From Squalus acanthias (taxonomy: Eukaryota): a stretch of 64,000 nucleotides of DNA. A program made the position numbers and the translations under genes. The notes beneath the pieces are model-generated. The model saw nothing but the letters and a program-made list of their open reading frames with translations. It searched no databases and was not told the origin of the DNA. Positions 1 to 13,558 of the stretch are shown piece after piece. Position 1 is the stretch's first letter, and every line of letters begins with the position of its first letter. The stretch covers positions 127,474,001-127,538,000 of the forward strand of contig CM059432.1 of the NCBI GenBank assembly GCA_030390025.1, given 5' to 3'.

Positions 1-90
1 AGCCCAAGATCAGCCATGATCTTATTGAATGGCGGAGCAGGCTCGAGGGGCCAAGTGGCCTATTCCTGCTCCTATTTCTTATGTTCTTAT
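1..90 (+). mobile_element. HE1 SINE / HER1-CR1 shared 3' tail
   Basis: gatcagccatgatcttattgaatggcggagcaggctcga...cttatgttcttat, recurring at 28408, 37398 and inverted at 11558, 17316, 34826. Confidence 0.8.
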
Positions 91-741
91 TTCATAAGTA
101 GTTAAAGTTGCACTGGATTGAATTGAATTGAGGATCTTTAATTCTCATAACACATTTGGTAGAAAAATATAGTAACGTTTATTTCTGTGTTCATTTTGGC
201 TCCTTTATAGCATGTGAGTGGAGGGCCTTGTAAAAATGATAGTCGATCATATTATAATTATCCATGACTTGAAAATAATCTTGTTGCTTCGCTGAGAAAT
301 TGACCATATGGCAATCTGTAGGGAGGCTGAGCAGTAACAGGTAGTAATTGCGGCTAATGGAAAATATGTTCCTGTATTAATGCAGCATGATGACAGTCCT
401 TGTATAACAAGGGCAAGTGATCAGGCAATTTACATTCTCAGCTCCACTGTAGCTGAATGGTGGTTTGCCTGAAAGCAAATTTCTTCCATTGATTCAGGCT
501 GAGCTCTCGTGTATGACCCTTGACTTGCCACAAACAGCCAGAAGGCAGTAACAAGTACTGGGAGATGGTGAAGGCATTTAGTGACTGTGGGTGTCGAGGG
601 AAAGGGTCAGGATTCAGGGCGGCTCTGCTAGAAGTGAATTATGACAGAGGCTTAATGCACATGCGTATTAAGGGTAGTGTCAGTTTCTCACGGGCTATTT
701 TTTTTCTGTATAGTGTCCGCAAAATAATGAAGTTATATCTT

Positions 742-1410
742 GGTCCTGAAACTGCGGTGTCTCTCAGAGTACGCCGTCGTATTGAAATGCCCCGCAAGTT
801 CGAGATTTCCGCATGCACGAAATCCGGAATTTGCGGCCTGTCGACGTACGCGTTGACAGGCCATCCGCGGGGGCCCCGAGAAAGCAATCGCTGGCGCAGG
901 GTTGGGCTATTTGGCCAGCATTGGCCCACGTGTTTGCATCAGCGTAAGGGGATATCAAAGGCTTAAATTAAACATTTTCATAACCTAAATTATGCACATA
1001 CACTGTATTAAATGAGTCTATGCAAATATTGGCCTGGATTACAATTTTAATGATGTATAAAATGATCAAAAAATGAAATTTGTATTGAGGTTGGTGCAAT
1101 GAAGGTAGTTATGAATAAAATTTCAATTCTGTACATTGTCTAATTATTAGATTTGGGAATTCCATTGCGTATCATTAGGGGATTCTCTTCATAAATGATT
1201 GAAATGGAATTCTGCTTATTGATTGGAGGACCGGGCCCACGTGATCCCAGGTACGCTTCTGCAGCACCTGCGTCCCTGGGATCCGTGGGCCATTACGCTG
1301 CCCTCCGCCTCGAGGCCCGAGACCGCAACTCTTCAGAGCCTGGGTGCCAGGAGGTACTTTCATAATTGTTTCGTGGGTCGGAGGCGTACTGCAACCGCAA
1401 TTTCTAGCCC
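742..1410 (-). mobile_element. Old Harbinger-type MITE, inverted relative of 6475-7226
   Basis: Ends ggtcctgaaactgcgg / ccgcaatttctagccc; internal gggcccacgtgatcccag is the reverse complement of 6633-6648. Confidence 0.6.
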
Positions 1411-2069
1411 AATATAAAACCATTCCAGAATAAATTTCAAATGGTGAAACAAGCTGCAGGCCAAAACGCACCAAAATAAACTCCTGGGGAAGCATGTTTC
1501 TTGCCCCCCAACGCCTCCCCCCTCCCGCCCACCCCCCTCCCGCCCACTTCCCACACGGGAAACATACTTCAGGAATTTCTAAATTAATTTTTGAGTACTT
1601 GAGTTTTGCATTAGGTACAGTTACAGCTTAAGACATGGCAAGTTTATGTCCCACTGAACTCCCATGGTAACTATTTCTGTACGTCATGTGTGGGTTTCAG
1701 TTTTTACTGCAAAAACAAATTGAATTGTGGAAAGTGATCCCGAAAACACGAATAAAATCCTGAAATATAATGCAGCAAAAAAGGAGTTTAATTTATTCAG
1801 ACACCATGAAGCAGTGTTCTCAGGCAAAGGCCTTTATTCAGGGCTGTTTTTCAGTTTCAGGTTTTTCGAGTCGTCAACTCTTTTGGAACAGGTGTCAACA
1901 TTGTGAAACTGTTCATCACCTTTCTGAATTTTGTAGGTGAGCAGGTGCGCTATCAGAGAGTGACAAAGAAAGAATTAGAAGGAAGGAAAGAAAGAGAGAC
2001 AATTTTGTTTTTACTTTTCTCTGGGCACGGCACAGCACTTCAACTATTGTATATCAACTATTATATATC

Positions 2070-2172
2070 AAAACAGTGACTACGCGTCAAAAAAATGTAC
2101 TTCATTGGCTGTAAAGTGCTTTGGGATGTCCTGAAGTCATTAAAGGTGCTATATAAATGCAAGTTCTTTTTT
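2070..2172 (+). mobile_element. DeuSINE/L2-type 3' tail fragment
   Basis: acagtgactac...ttcattggctgtaaagtgctttgggatgtcctga...gctatataaatgcaagttc. Confidence 0.7.
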
Positions 2173-2275
2173 TAACTATTCATATATAATATATTGTAGA
2201 GTCACAGAGTTATACAACACAGAAAGAGGCCCTTCGGCCCATCGTGTCCGCGCCAGCCATCAAGCCCTATCTATT

Positions 2276-5252
2276 CTAATCCCATTTTCCAGCACTTGGT
2301 CCGTAGCCTTGTATGCTACGGCGTTTCAAGTGCTCATCTAAATGCTTCTTGAATGTTGTGAGGGTTCCTGCCTCTACCACCCTTTCAGGCAGTGAGTTCC
2401 GGATTCCAACCACCCTCTGGGTGAAAAAGTTTTTCCTCAAATCCCCTCTAAACCTCCTGCCCCTTACCTTGAAACTATGCCCCCTTGTTATTGACCCCTC
2501 TACTAAGGGGAAAAGTTCCTTTCTATCTACCCTATCTATGCCCCTCATAATTTTGTACACCTCAATCAGGTCCCCCCTCAGCCTTCTCTGCTCTAAGGAA
2601 AACAACCCCAGCCTGTCCAGTCTCTCTTCATAGCTGAAGCGCTCCAGCCCAGGTAACATCCTGGTGAATTTCCTCTGCACCCTCTCCAATGCAATCACAT
2701 CCCTCCTATAGTGTGGCGACAGGAACTGCACACAGTATTCCAGCTGTGGCCTCACTAGTGGTTTGTACAGCTCCATCATAACCTCCCTGCTCTTGGCTTC
2801 ATTAGCGAGGCATAGAATATAAGTATCCCATATGCCTTTTTAACCACCTTATCTACCTGTCCTGCTGCCTTCAGAGATCTATGTACATGCACACCAAGAT
2901 CCCTCTGATCCTCTGTCCTTCCTAGGGTCCTACCATTCATTGTGTATTCCCTTGCCTTGTTAGTCCTCCCAACATGCATCACCTCACACTTTTCAGGGTT
3001 AAATTCCATTTGCCACTGTTCTGCCCATCTAACCATCCCGTCTATATCGTCCTGTAGCCTGAGGCTTCCCTCCTCGCTATTTACCACTCCACCAATTTCG
3101 TGTCATCTGCGAACTTACTGATCATACCTCCTACATTCATATCTAAATCATTAATGTACACTACAAACAGCAAAGGACCCAGCACCGATCCCTGCAGTAC
3201 ACCACTGGACACAAGCTTCCAGTCACAAAAACAACCTTCGACCATCACCCTCTGCCTCCTGCCACTAAGCCAATTTTGGATCCAATGTGCCAAATTGCCC
3301 TGGATCCCATGGGCTCTTATCTTCTTGACCAGTCTCCCATGTGGGACTTTGTCAAAAGCCTTACTGAAGTCCATGTAGACTACATCAACTGCACTACCCT
3401 CATCCACACACCTAGTCACCCCCTCGAAAAATTCAATCAAATTGGTCAGACGTGATATCCCCCCGACAAAGCCATGCTGACTATCCCTGATTAATCCCTG
3501 CCTCTCCAAGTGGAGACTAATTCTGTCCCTCAGAATTTTTTCCAATAATTTCCCTACCACTGATGTTAGGCTCACTGGCCTGTATTTCCCTGGTTTATCC
3601 CTACTACCCTTCTTGAACACTGGTACTACGTTAGCTGTTCTCCAGTCCTCTGGCACCTCCTCTGTGGCCAGAGAGGTTCTGAAAATTTGTGTCAGTGCAC
3701 CTGCAATCTCCTCCCTTGCCTCACACAGCAGCATGGGATACATCTCGTCAGGGCCTGGGCATCTATTCACTTTTAAGCCCGCTAAAACCGCTAGTACCCC
3801 CTCCCTCTCAATGCTAATTTGTTCAAGTATATCACAATCCCCCTGCCTGATTTCTATGCCTACATCGTCCTTCTCCATAGTGAACACAGATGCAAAATAT
3901 TCATTTAAAACCTCACCTACATCTTCCGGCTCTACACAGAGATTGCCACTTTGGTCCCTAATGGGCCCTACTCTTTTCCTGGTTATCCTCTTACCCTTAA
4001 TATACTTATAAAACACCTTGGGATTTTCCTTTATTTTGCCTGCCAGTGTTTTTTCATGCCCCCTCTTCGCTCTCCTAGTTTCTTTTTTAAGTACCCCCCT
4101 GCACTTTCTATACTCCTCTAGGGCACCCACTGTTTTTAGTCCTTTGTATCTGCCAAAAGCCTCCCTTTTTTTCCTAATCCATTCCTGTATATCCCTTGAC
4201 ATCCAGGGCTCCCTGGGTTTGTTGGTCCCACCCTTGACCTTTACAGGAACATGTTGGCGTTGTACTCTCTCTATTTCCTTTCTGAAAGACTCCCACTGCT
4301 CTGATGTGGATTTTCCTACAAGTAGCTGATCCCAGTCCACTTTGGCCAGATCCTGCCTTATCATATTAAAATCGGCCTTCCCCCAATTTAGAACCTTTAT
4401 TTCTAGTCCATCTTTGTCCTTTTCCATGCCTACCTTAAATCTCACCGAATTATGGTCACTGTCACCAAAATGCTCTCGTACTGACACTTCTACCACTTGC
4501 CCGGCTACATTCCCTAGAATTAGGTCCAGTACCACCCCTTCTCTTGTAGGACTTTCTACATGCTGGCTCAAAAAGCTCTCCTGGATGCACTTTAAGAATT
4601 CCGCACCCTCTAAGCCTTTCACACTCTGACTATCCCAGTTAATATTGGGGAAGTTGAAATCCCCTACTATTATTACTCTATTATTACTACACTTCTCTGA
4701 AATTTGCCTACATATCTGTTCCTCTATCTCCCCCTGACTGTTTGGGGGCCTATAGTACACTCTCAGCAAAGTGTTTGCCCCCTTTTTGTTTTTAAGTTCT
4801 ACCCATATGGCCTCATTAGAGGAATCTGCTAAGATATCATCCCTCCTTACAGCAGTAATTGACTCCTTGATTAATATTGCGACACCCCCTCCTCTTTTAC
4901 ACCCTCCTCTGTCTCACCTGAAGATTCTATACCCCGGAATATTGAGCTGCCAGTCCTGCCCCTCCCTCAACCATGTCTCTGTGATAGCAACAATATCATA
5001 CTCCCATGTGTTCATCAACACCTTCAATTCATCTGCCTTACTCGCAAGACTCCTTGCATTAAAATAAATGCCATCCAGCCTTGCCATACTCCCTTGTGCC
5101 GTTACATATTTGCTCTGCCTTCCAGACTGACTTGTTTTTTCCTCTATATTTGGCTGTGCATCATCCCCTACTATAGCTCCACTCCGTATCCTATCCCCCT
5201 GCCAAGTTAGTTTAAACCCCCCCCCCAACAGTACTAGCAAACCTCCCCGCAA
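2276..5252 (-). CDS. CR1 ORF2p (endonuclease plus reverse transcriptase), split into four frames
   Basis: Canonical APE and RT motifs in ORF fragments. Confidence 0.9.
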
Positions 5253-6157
5253 GGATGTTAGTCCCGTTCCGGTTCAGGTGCAACCCGTCCGACTTGTACA
5301 GGTCCCACCTTCCCCAGAAGCAGACCCAGTGATCCAGGAAACTAAAGCCCTCATTCCTGCACCAACTCTTCAGCCACGCATTCATCTGCTCTATCCTCCT
5401 ATTCCTATACTCACTAGCACGTGGCACCGGGAGTAATCCAGAGATTACAACCTTTGAGGTCCTGCTTTTTAATCTGCTACCTAGCTCCCTAAATTCTTGT
5501 TGCAGGACCTCATCCCTCTTTCTACCCATGTCGTTGGTACCAATGTGAACCACGACCTCTAACTGTTCGCCCTCCCCCTTCAGAATGCCCTGCAGCCGTT
5601 CAGTGACATCCTTGACCCTGGCACCAGGAAGGCAACATACCATCCTGGAGTCACGTCTGCGGCCACAGAAACGTCTATCTGTTCCCCTTACGATAGAATC
5701 CCCTATCACTATTGCTCTCCCATTCTTTTTCCTCCTCTCCTGTGCAGCTGAGCCACTCGTAGTGCCACGGACTTGGCTCTTGCTGCATTCCCCTGAGAAA
5801 CCATTTCCCCCATCAGTATCCAAAACGGAAAATCTGTTGGAGAGGGAGATGGACCCAGGGGACTCCTGCACTACCTTTCTAGTTCTTTTACTCTGTCTGG
5901 CGGTCACCCATTTCCTGTCTGCCTGTGCACTCTACCTGCGGTGTGACCACCTCGTTAAACGTGCTATCCACGAAGATCTCAGCTTTGTGGATGCTCCACA
6001 GTGACTCCAGCCGCAGCTCCAGCTCTGAAACGCGGATTTCGAGTAGCTGCAGCTGGAGACACTTCCTGCACATGTGTTCGCCCTGGACACCTAAAGTGTC
6101 CCTGACTTCCCACATAGCACAGGAGGAGCACTCCACGTAGCCGAGCTGCCCTGCCAT
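5212..6157 (-). CDS. CR1 ORF1p (zinc finger, leucine zipper, GDSL/SGNH esterase), one frameshift ~5900
   Basis: ORF track 5888-6157 and 5212-5907. Confidence 0.9.
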
Positions 6158-6474
6158 GTCCTACCCTTAATTTACTCCCTTTACTTCCTTTAAATTAAAG
6201 AATATTAAATACACTAGGGACCTTACTTCCCTTTAAACACTACTTACTCTAAACTAGAGACCTTACTTTGACTTTAACGACTGGACTGTAGAAATACTCA
6301 CCAGGTCCTACTTACCAATCCGCTCCTTCCCTGGTTGTGACGTCACTTTAGCGGTTTCGCAGTTGTTGTTGTTTGACTGCTCCTGCTCTCGGACTCTTTC
6401 CTTGGTGTAAAGTAAGAGGCAATTCCTACAGGGTGAAAAGTTAGGAAAAGCAAAGGCGAAGTAGGTTACATAAT

Positions 6475-7226
6475 GGCCCAAAATTTGTGATCGGAGGCTT
6501 CCGGCCTGTAAAAAATCTACGCATTTACCTGGTGGCCCAGGAGATACAGAGGCTTGCGATCCTGGGCCTCTCCGGGTCCGCGCGGGCAGAGGCCCACGTA
6601 TCCCAGGGGCGCATGCGGTTCGCAAGTCGCCTCTGGGATCACGTGGGCCGGCCCAACCAATAAAAGAAGGGAATCCCCATTCATACTTATGGGAGTTCCG
6701 TACATACGGAACTCCTATAAGTATGAATGGGGATCACTTAAAAAAGACATAAAATATGTCACATGAAATAAATTTTAAAAATTACTTATTAAAATTAATT
6801 AAAATGCCATTTAATTAAATATTTTAAACAAAAATTTAATTTTTTGATTTTTTAAAATATGTTTTAACAGGGCTAAAAATAAACTTAGCTTATTGGACAG
6901 GGTTTTTAATGTAAAATGAGTGATAACATTTTATTTTTCTATTTTTAAAAACTTTTATGCTGGTAAAAGCAAGCCTTACGCCTGCTTTTACCAGGCGTAA
7001 GAATTTCACAGGCATTCAGCGGGTGGAAGTTGGGCAAATAGCGCAACTCTCCACCCGCAGAGGCCCTTCTCCCGGGGATGCAGAGGATCTGTCAAGAAGA
7101 TTCTTGACACATCGCAAGTTCCAGGTTTTAGCGCATGTGCTTCGCATGCCTAAAGCCGGAACTTGCGCGGCCCCCACGGGCAGTGCGCACCTCATACGCA
7201 CTCGAAGGGGCCGCAAAATACGGCCC
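6475..7226. mobile_element. Harbinger-type MITE with AT-rich core and 60-bp internal palindrome
   Basis: Ends ggcccaaaatttg / caaaatacggccc; similar to 14326 and 34082 copies. Confidence 0.7.
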
Positions 7227-8524
7227 GTTATAATACTCCTGTTGTAAAAGAATGCATCCTCTGATTGCTATTAGTTCTGCTAGTACTTAGGAGTATGTTG
7301 TAAAGTCTGAAGCTGATGAGTAATGCTGTGTATGGGTTCTCGGGCACTGGTATCCTTCATGGGCCCATTCTTCATATGTGACCCTAAACAAGTTAATATT
7401 GGCAGATTGTTTTACCATGAGGATATCGCAGAGAAACCGAATCCAGTTCTTTCCTGATGTCCACTTTCAGCTGGGTTTATCAGGCAGTGATCAGGAGCAG
7501 GCTGGCTAAAATTATGTCCCTTTCTCAACCGAATGACGCTGAGTCCCCAATACTGCCTTGACTGAGATTCGTCAATTTAGTACAAATCAAGAATCGAACC
7601 TAGAACTTTGTTGGTGCAGTGTCCTGTAGGGTTGCCAACGCTGGCTGGAGGTATTCCTGGAGATTTGATCACCTGATGTCTGACTTCTAAACATGTGACT
7701 TGTGCAAATGTTACTATGTTTACATACTAAAGGTTAAGTTCCCTGTAGTTGAGTATCTTTGTTCGTGGTTTTGCGCCAGCAGCCATTGTGCGAGAGGTTG
7801 CGAGAATCTGGAGGTCACCCGCGAGCAGGCGAAAAGGTGAAAACACGGGTGGGATAGAGGGGAAATCAAGGGTGGGTGAGCAATTCGCAGAGGGGAAACC
7901 AGGTGGGAGGAACTTTAATTCCACCAGTAACTAATAGTAACTCACTGATGTTGCACTAATAGTAATGCTGCTAACTCAGATTCCCTTAATAACCAACAGT
8001 AATACAATAACTCACTGATAGTTTATATGTAAATGGTAGTAATAGGTGTAATACCTGAATATCCTTCCTTAGGATCTCCCCCTCCCCACCGTGATTCCCA
8101 CCCCACCCTGCGATGTCTCCCACCGTGATCTTTCCCTTTCTCCTTCCCTCGCTACCTCCCTTCTCTCTGGTCCTTTTTGGGGGGGGGGGTGCGGAAACTG
8201 AGGAAAAAAACCTCAAATGAGGTCCTGCTGTTAAATTCGGCAGGATCTCCGCAGTCCTCGTATTTCTGAGTTTCCCGGCCGCTAAAAGTCCCCATGCTCC
8301 CTCCCCGCCCCCTGTAAATAACGGGGCCGATGCACCAGAAACCAAGCAGATGGCATGGAGCCACTTAATTTGCAATTCACAGGTAAATTTTTTATGAAAA
8401 TGTGAAAGAGCAGTAACACACCAGGAGGACTTGAAGCTGGTTACCTTCACTCAGCGATTAGTGGAAACAATTCTTTGGTAAAACTCTTTCAAAGGGCCCA
8501 AAGCACCTCTGCGTACCACACAAT

Positions 8525-9358
8525 GGGCTGGATTTTGAATCTCGGGTCGGGTTGGTGTCGGGAATCACACATTCTGGCTTGTAAACCCGCCTCCATCGAG
8601 ATGTGGCCAACCCACTGTATTTTCCCTTGATTGACCTTGTTGAGCCCGCCCAGTGGGCTCAGCAGGCCAATTAAGGGCCACCCGGCAACAGGTGACGTCA
8701 CAGATTGACATTTCATCTGTCAAGAGCTTTTGACAGATGAAATATCAACAATTGATAGCTCTGTGAAGCTGTCAAACACTGACAATATGATTTCTAACTT
8801 CAGTCCTTCCTCTCAGGCTGAGTTAGAAATCATTCCACCACAGAAAACAGAAGGCTGCAGTTTTTGACAGAACCACGGCTTTTCTGCTTTCTGTGCCGGT
8901 GAGATTTCTGACTCCCGAGAACTGAAGGGCTGACACCTGCAGGAGGAAGTTAAGGTAAGTAAAACTTTTTCCAACACTTAGCACTTACCTTACACACTTA
9001 CCTCTGCACACATGCACCCATCACTCACCTACCCACCGGACATATCGACCCCTCCAACCCCTGCAGACCCACGGTCCGCCCCGATAACTTGGCGTGGTTG
9101 CCACCTGTCGGGAAGCCCAGATTTCACCGTTTAAAATAGGGATTATCCAAAAAACTGCCTGTTAACTACCTGTTAATTGTCACTAATCCCTTCCCGCCTC
9201 GGGGAGTCGGGTCTCAGCAAAGGTCGGGTACCCGCCACCAGCGAAACTGGCATGGAGGCGGGTTGGAGGCGGGATGGGGTCGGGACCCCCGAATCTGCAA
9301 CTTTAACCCCCCCCCCCACCTCCAAACCCGACTCCACGGGTCAGTGAAAATCCAGCCC
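8525..9358. mobile_element. Harbinger-type MITE, GGGCTGGATTTT TIR, 3-bp TSD AAT
   Basis: Perfect 12-bp TIRs; aat on both flanks. Confidence 0.85.
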
Positions 9359-9717
9359 AATGACTCTAATCTGATGAAAGCCAGGAATCTCTCTGGACGA
9401 GGAAAAAAATAATGGTGCAACAGTTGGCGAGTGGGAGCAAGTGCCCGACACATTAGCGTTGTGCTCTCTGCCACCAAACCCTTTCATCTCGCCGATATGG
9501 CACATGGTACCTTTTAAAGCAATTGCAAGATTTTTAAAACCGCTGCAAAGGAAATATTTTCTTCAGTGACCATAAGTTGGGGAAGCTGCGTGCGGGTAAA
9601 TGGCAGCCAAGTTGCTTCAGTGCCTGCTCCAGCAAGGAACAAGTCCCTTAAGTTGCTCGGCCTGCTGACAGCTTCCCTGGCAATGCCTGTCTTGATAAAA
9701 TGCTTGAGTTTGTAGTG

Positions 9718-10313
9718 CATCCATGCCTTTGTTACCTCTGGACTTGACTATTCCAACGCACTCCTGGCTGGCCTCCCACGTTCCACCCAACGTAAACTTG
9801 AGGTCATCCAAAACTCGGCTGCCCGTGTCCTAACTCGCACCAAGTCCCATTTGCCCATCACCCCTGTGCCCGCTGACCTACATTGGCTCCCGGTTAAGCA
9901 ACGCCTTGATTTCAAAATTCTCATCCTTGTATTCAAATCCCTCCATGGCCTCATCCCTTCCTATCTCTGTAATCTCCTTCAGCCCCACAACCCCCCGAGA
10001 TATCTGCGCCCCTCTAATTCTGCCTTCTTGAGGATCCCTGATTATAATCGCTCAACCTTTGGTGGTCGTGCCTTCTGTTGCCTGGGCCCTAAGCTCTGGA
10101 ATTCCCTGCCTAAACCTGTCCGCCTCTCTACCTCTCTTTCCTCCTTTAAGACGCTCCTTAAAACCTACCTCTTTGACCAAGCTTTTGGTCACCTGCCCTA
10201 ATTTATCCTTATGTGGATTGGTGTCAAATCTATTGTCTTAAAATACTCCTATGCAGTGCATTGGGACGTTTTACTATGTTAAAGGCGCTATATAAATACA
10301 AGTTGTTGTTGTT
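9718..10313 (+). mobile_element. L2 LINE 3' fragment with (TTG)n tail
   Basis: ITPV-ADLHWLPVKQRLDFKIL...GPKLWNSLP; tail gcgctatataaatacaagttgttgttg. Confidence 0.9.
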
Positions 10314-11557
10314 GCAGGCAGTGGCAACATCGCCACTGGAGATTTCGTTGGGGGTTCAGGAAATATGTATTCAACTGCAGGCAGAAAACCCCGCTCAGCA
10401 ACTCCTGACAGCTGGTGAGTGTCCCACAGATTTGAGTAGAGCTGATGGGATAGTCAGTTCTTTCGAAACATTGAAAGTAGGAATGGGCTGCCAGAGGACT
10501 TTCTTTACATAATTTAAAAGCCCGCCCTGCAGTTATACTGCAACCCGCGCTCATGTCGAGCAGTGTGGCACCACCTTCTCCAGGTCAGCTGCCAAGTGAC
10601 GGAACGAAGGAATTCTCTAATATATCCTGATAAGTTACTAATTGGTTGTAAATAGTCACTAAATTGAAGATCACATGACTGCAAATTAATTGTAAGTAAT
10701 TACCATTGTTTGTGCTAAATTAAACTCATTTTAATTCACCCATGGAAAGTTAGAATAAATAAATCCCATGAATTGCCAAGTTTTTACTTTAACTTAAATT
10801 GCACTAGGGCATAACATTCTGGAGAATATTACTGGAACTCTACTGCATAAATCTGCATATTTAGCATAACAATTTGTTCAAATAGGGGATCAATCTGATT
10901 TAAAATGTGTAATTTTAACCATGTTCTACCGGCAGGAGAAGACGGGTGGGAGGTTAAAATGACAGCTGGGTTTAAGCCACTGCTTTCCCACAGCTTTCTC
11001 GACACCCCCGCACCCACCCTTTTAACTCTTGGGTTTTCAGGAGCATGAAGGCCATTCACCGCAGGCAGGCTGGGGCCTCAAATGTTTTCGAAACGTTGAT
11101 GTAATTCAGACCCCGACCTCATTTTAAAAGTAGCGGATTGCGCCCAGTCTCGGAGCTGCCAGCGAAAGGAGTGCTCTTCCTAGCCCAACAAGGAAACCTT
11201 GGGCCTCCTCAGCCCAGGGCCTCCTCCATTGCAATCCTCCCCAGACCCTTTCCCACTCATATCCCTTGCCGTGGGCCGCTTCCTTGGCAGTGACCTGCAG
11301 CCACACGGTTACCCGCTCCCATCCGCTGGTCTCTGTCATCGGGCGGGAGTCAGTGAGGGGGTGTTTAAAATGAGGGCCAGGAGTTAAAATAGGCCAGGCC
11401 TCACGCCCCGGGGGACTAGATAGATCGCAGCCCGCTTTGCCCTCCGCACATGCGATTCCCGGCCCAAGTTAAAATTGGGGCTACAAACGCTGCAATCCTC
11501 CATCTAAAAGCATTGCAGCAGAATAGTGCACTCAAACAATATCGAATTGCACTTTAT

Positions 11558-11915
11558 AAGAACATACATAAGAACATAAGAAATAGGAGCAGGGGTAGGC
11601 CATATGGCCCCTTGAGCCTGCTCCGACATTCAATAAGATCATGGTTGATCATTGACCTCAACTCCACTTTCCCGTCCAATCTCCATATCCCTTGATTCCC
11701 CTAGAATCCAAAAATCTATCTATCTCAGCCTTGAACATACTCAAAGACTCCGCATCCACAGCCCTCTGGGGTAGAGAATTCCAAATATTCACAACCCTCT
11801 GAGTGAAGAAATTTCTCCTCATCTCAATCTTACATGGCCTACCCCTTATCCTGAGACTATGCCCCCTAGTTCTAGACACTCCAGCCAGGGGAAACAACCT
11901 CTCAGCATCTACCTG
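11558..11915 (-). mobile_element. CR1/HER1 3' fragment
   Basis: SRTRGHSLRIRGR...NFFTQRVVNIWNSLP plus tail. Confidence 0.9.
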
Positions 11916-12812
11916 ATCTAAAATCTATCAAACAATGATAAGGCTGATACTTGGATTGCCTGACCATATATCCCCTTGTGATAGATCAAAAGGGAGAAGG
12001 AAAGAGGTTAGCTTTGATTCAGTGCCTTATCACATTTCTGTGAAACATCTTGAAGTGCTTCACATACAATAATTTGCGTTAAAGTGCAGTGACCATTATA
12101 GAAGCAATTGGAATTACCCATGTGGTGCTCACTTTAAGAATACTGATGAATAATAGAATGAGAAATGACAATTTAAAACTTCTGAGGAAAAGTTCAATAA
12201 AAAAGCTCTCAGACAACCATATATAATCCAGCAAAACCCAAGAATAGTAATCCATGCTGACATCTCCATTGTTGAAACTGGGCCTGTTGGCCCTACCAGT
12301 AACATTCCCTCCCCCCTCCCCCAGTCCCAACAGCGGAAGAACCATAGGCCTGGAAATTCCTTGGAGCTGCCCCCGCTCCTCCGGTGTTAATTTACCAGAA
12401 GTGCGGTGGAAATCCTGTTTACCAGGGAGAATTTGATCGTCCCAGTCTACACTTACCCCTAAGACTCCAATCCCATTCTTAACCAGATATTTTATCCTCG
12501 TTTCTCAAATATTTTTGGGCTACTTCAATGTAGCAGTTTTATTCGTTCATCCAACATCACTGGTACAATTTTGGGTCTCGCCTTCAATATTCTCTCAAGT
12601 ATAGCAGTGCTGGTTGTCCCTGGAACCAGACTGAATGTCTTATATTTACGGGCGTGCCTATACTGCCTAATATCTAACTACACAAGAGCGTAACCAGGGG
12701 TGTAAAAATATTAGCCCCTTGAGATCTGAGCTGGATATTCATGTCTTTAGCACGTGTCTCCCCGTGCACCTCTCCAATCTTTTCGTAGGTGGACCAAGAA
12801 AACACTTGGTGG

Positions 12813-13558
12813 GAGGGAGAAATTCGGTATCGCCCCGTTTGGGGCGCTAACTTTTAAAAGTTGAAAAAATTAGCGCCAGGCACTAATGTTTTTCAACTTT
12901 TAAAATAATTCGGGGTTTGCGTTCCAGGAAGGAAGTGAATCGCTAAATCAAGCGCTCCACTTCCTTCCTGGAGCGCAACAGGCAACAGACGGGGCGGTAG
13001 GTGTCCAGCGCTGCACACTGGGCCGTGCAGCACTGCCACGTTGGAAGGCTCCTTCCCTCCCTTAAAGGGAAGGGCCATTGCTGCAGGCTCTGCAATGGAA
13101 AAAACTTACCTGGTCCTCGACGGCAGCCGCAATCCGGCCCGATCAACGCGATGCACTGCAGCAGAGTGCCGGGCTGATCGCTCGCTGGCGAAGACGAGAA
13201 AAAAAAGAGAAAGCATTTCAGAATTATTTTTACTTACCTCAGCCACCTCGCCTTTAAGTATCACCCCCGAAGCGCCCAGCCTCCCAGTGAACGCCTCCTG
13301 CAGCTGTAGGTGTTGTTACCCGGCGATGCTGCAGGGGGCGGAACTGAAGTTCGGGTCCGGGACGATGCGCACGGCGATGACGTCACGATCTCTGGGTGAA
13401 GGAGATCGGGGCGCAACACCATAACGCCGCCGCAAACCTCCCGTCAAATATAGTGGGAGTCAATCTTCTTGCCGCGCCCGGTCGGTAAGTGCTTAACGCC
13501 CCGTTAGCGTCCCCCGGAGGCGCTAACGGGAGGCTCTAAGATGCCCAATTTCTCCCCC
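12813..13558. mobile_element. GC-rich Harbinger-type MITE (GGGAGAAATT TIR)
   Basis: gagggagaaattcgg / cccaatttctccccc; gcgctaac subterminal motifs; inverted relative at 36171. Confidence 0.7.

Larger units (their letters stand above)
2197..6350 (-). mobile_element. Near full-length CR1 LINE (ORF1 zinc finger/leucine zipper plus SGNH esterase; ORF2 APE plus RT), disrupted
   Basis: ORF1 5888-6157 (CxxC...CxxC, leucine heptads) and 5212-5907 (GDSIVR, HIGTND, DGLHLN); ORF2 pieces 4914-5252, 3081-4769 (YRPP, GDFN, DFSKAFD, QGSVLGP, FADD), 2776-3087, 2276-2779. Confidence 0.95.

Noticed and set aside
520..1554. Overlapping ORFs of 64-148 aa
   Set aside because: No recognisable domains; they arise from GC-rich MITE sequence.
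13103..13114. acttacctgg matching the U1 snRNA 5' end
   Set aside because: No further U1 similarity; it is the reverse complement of a splice donor.
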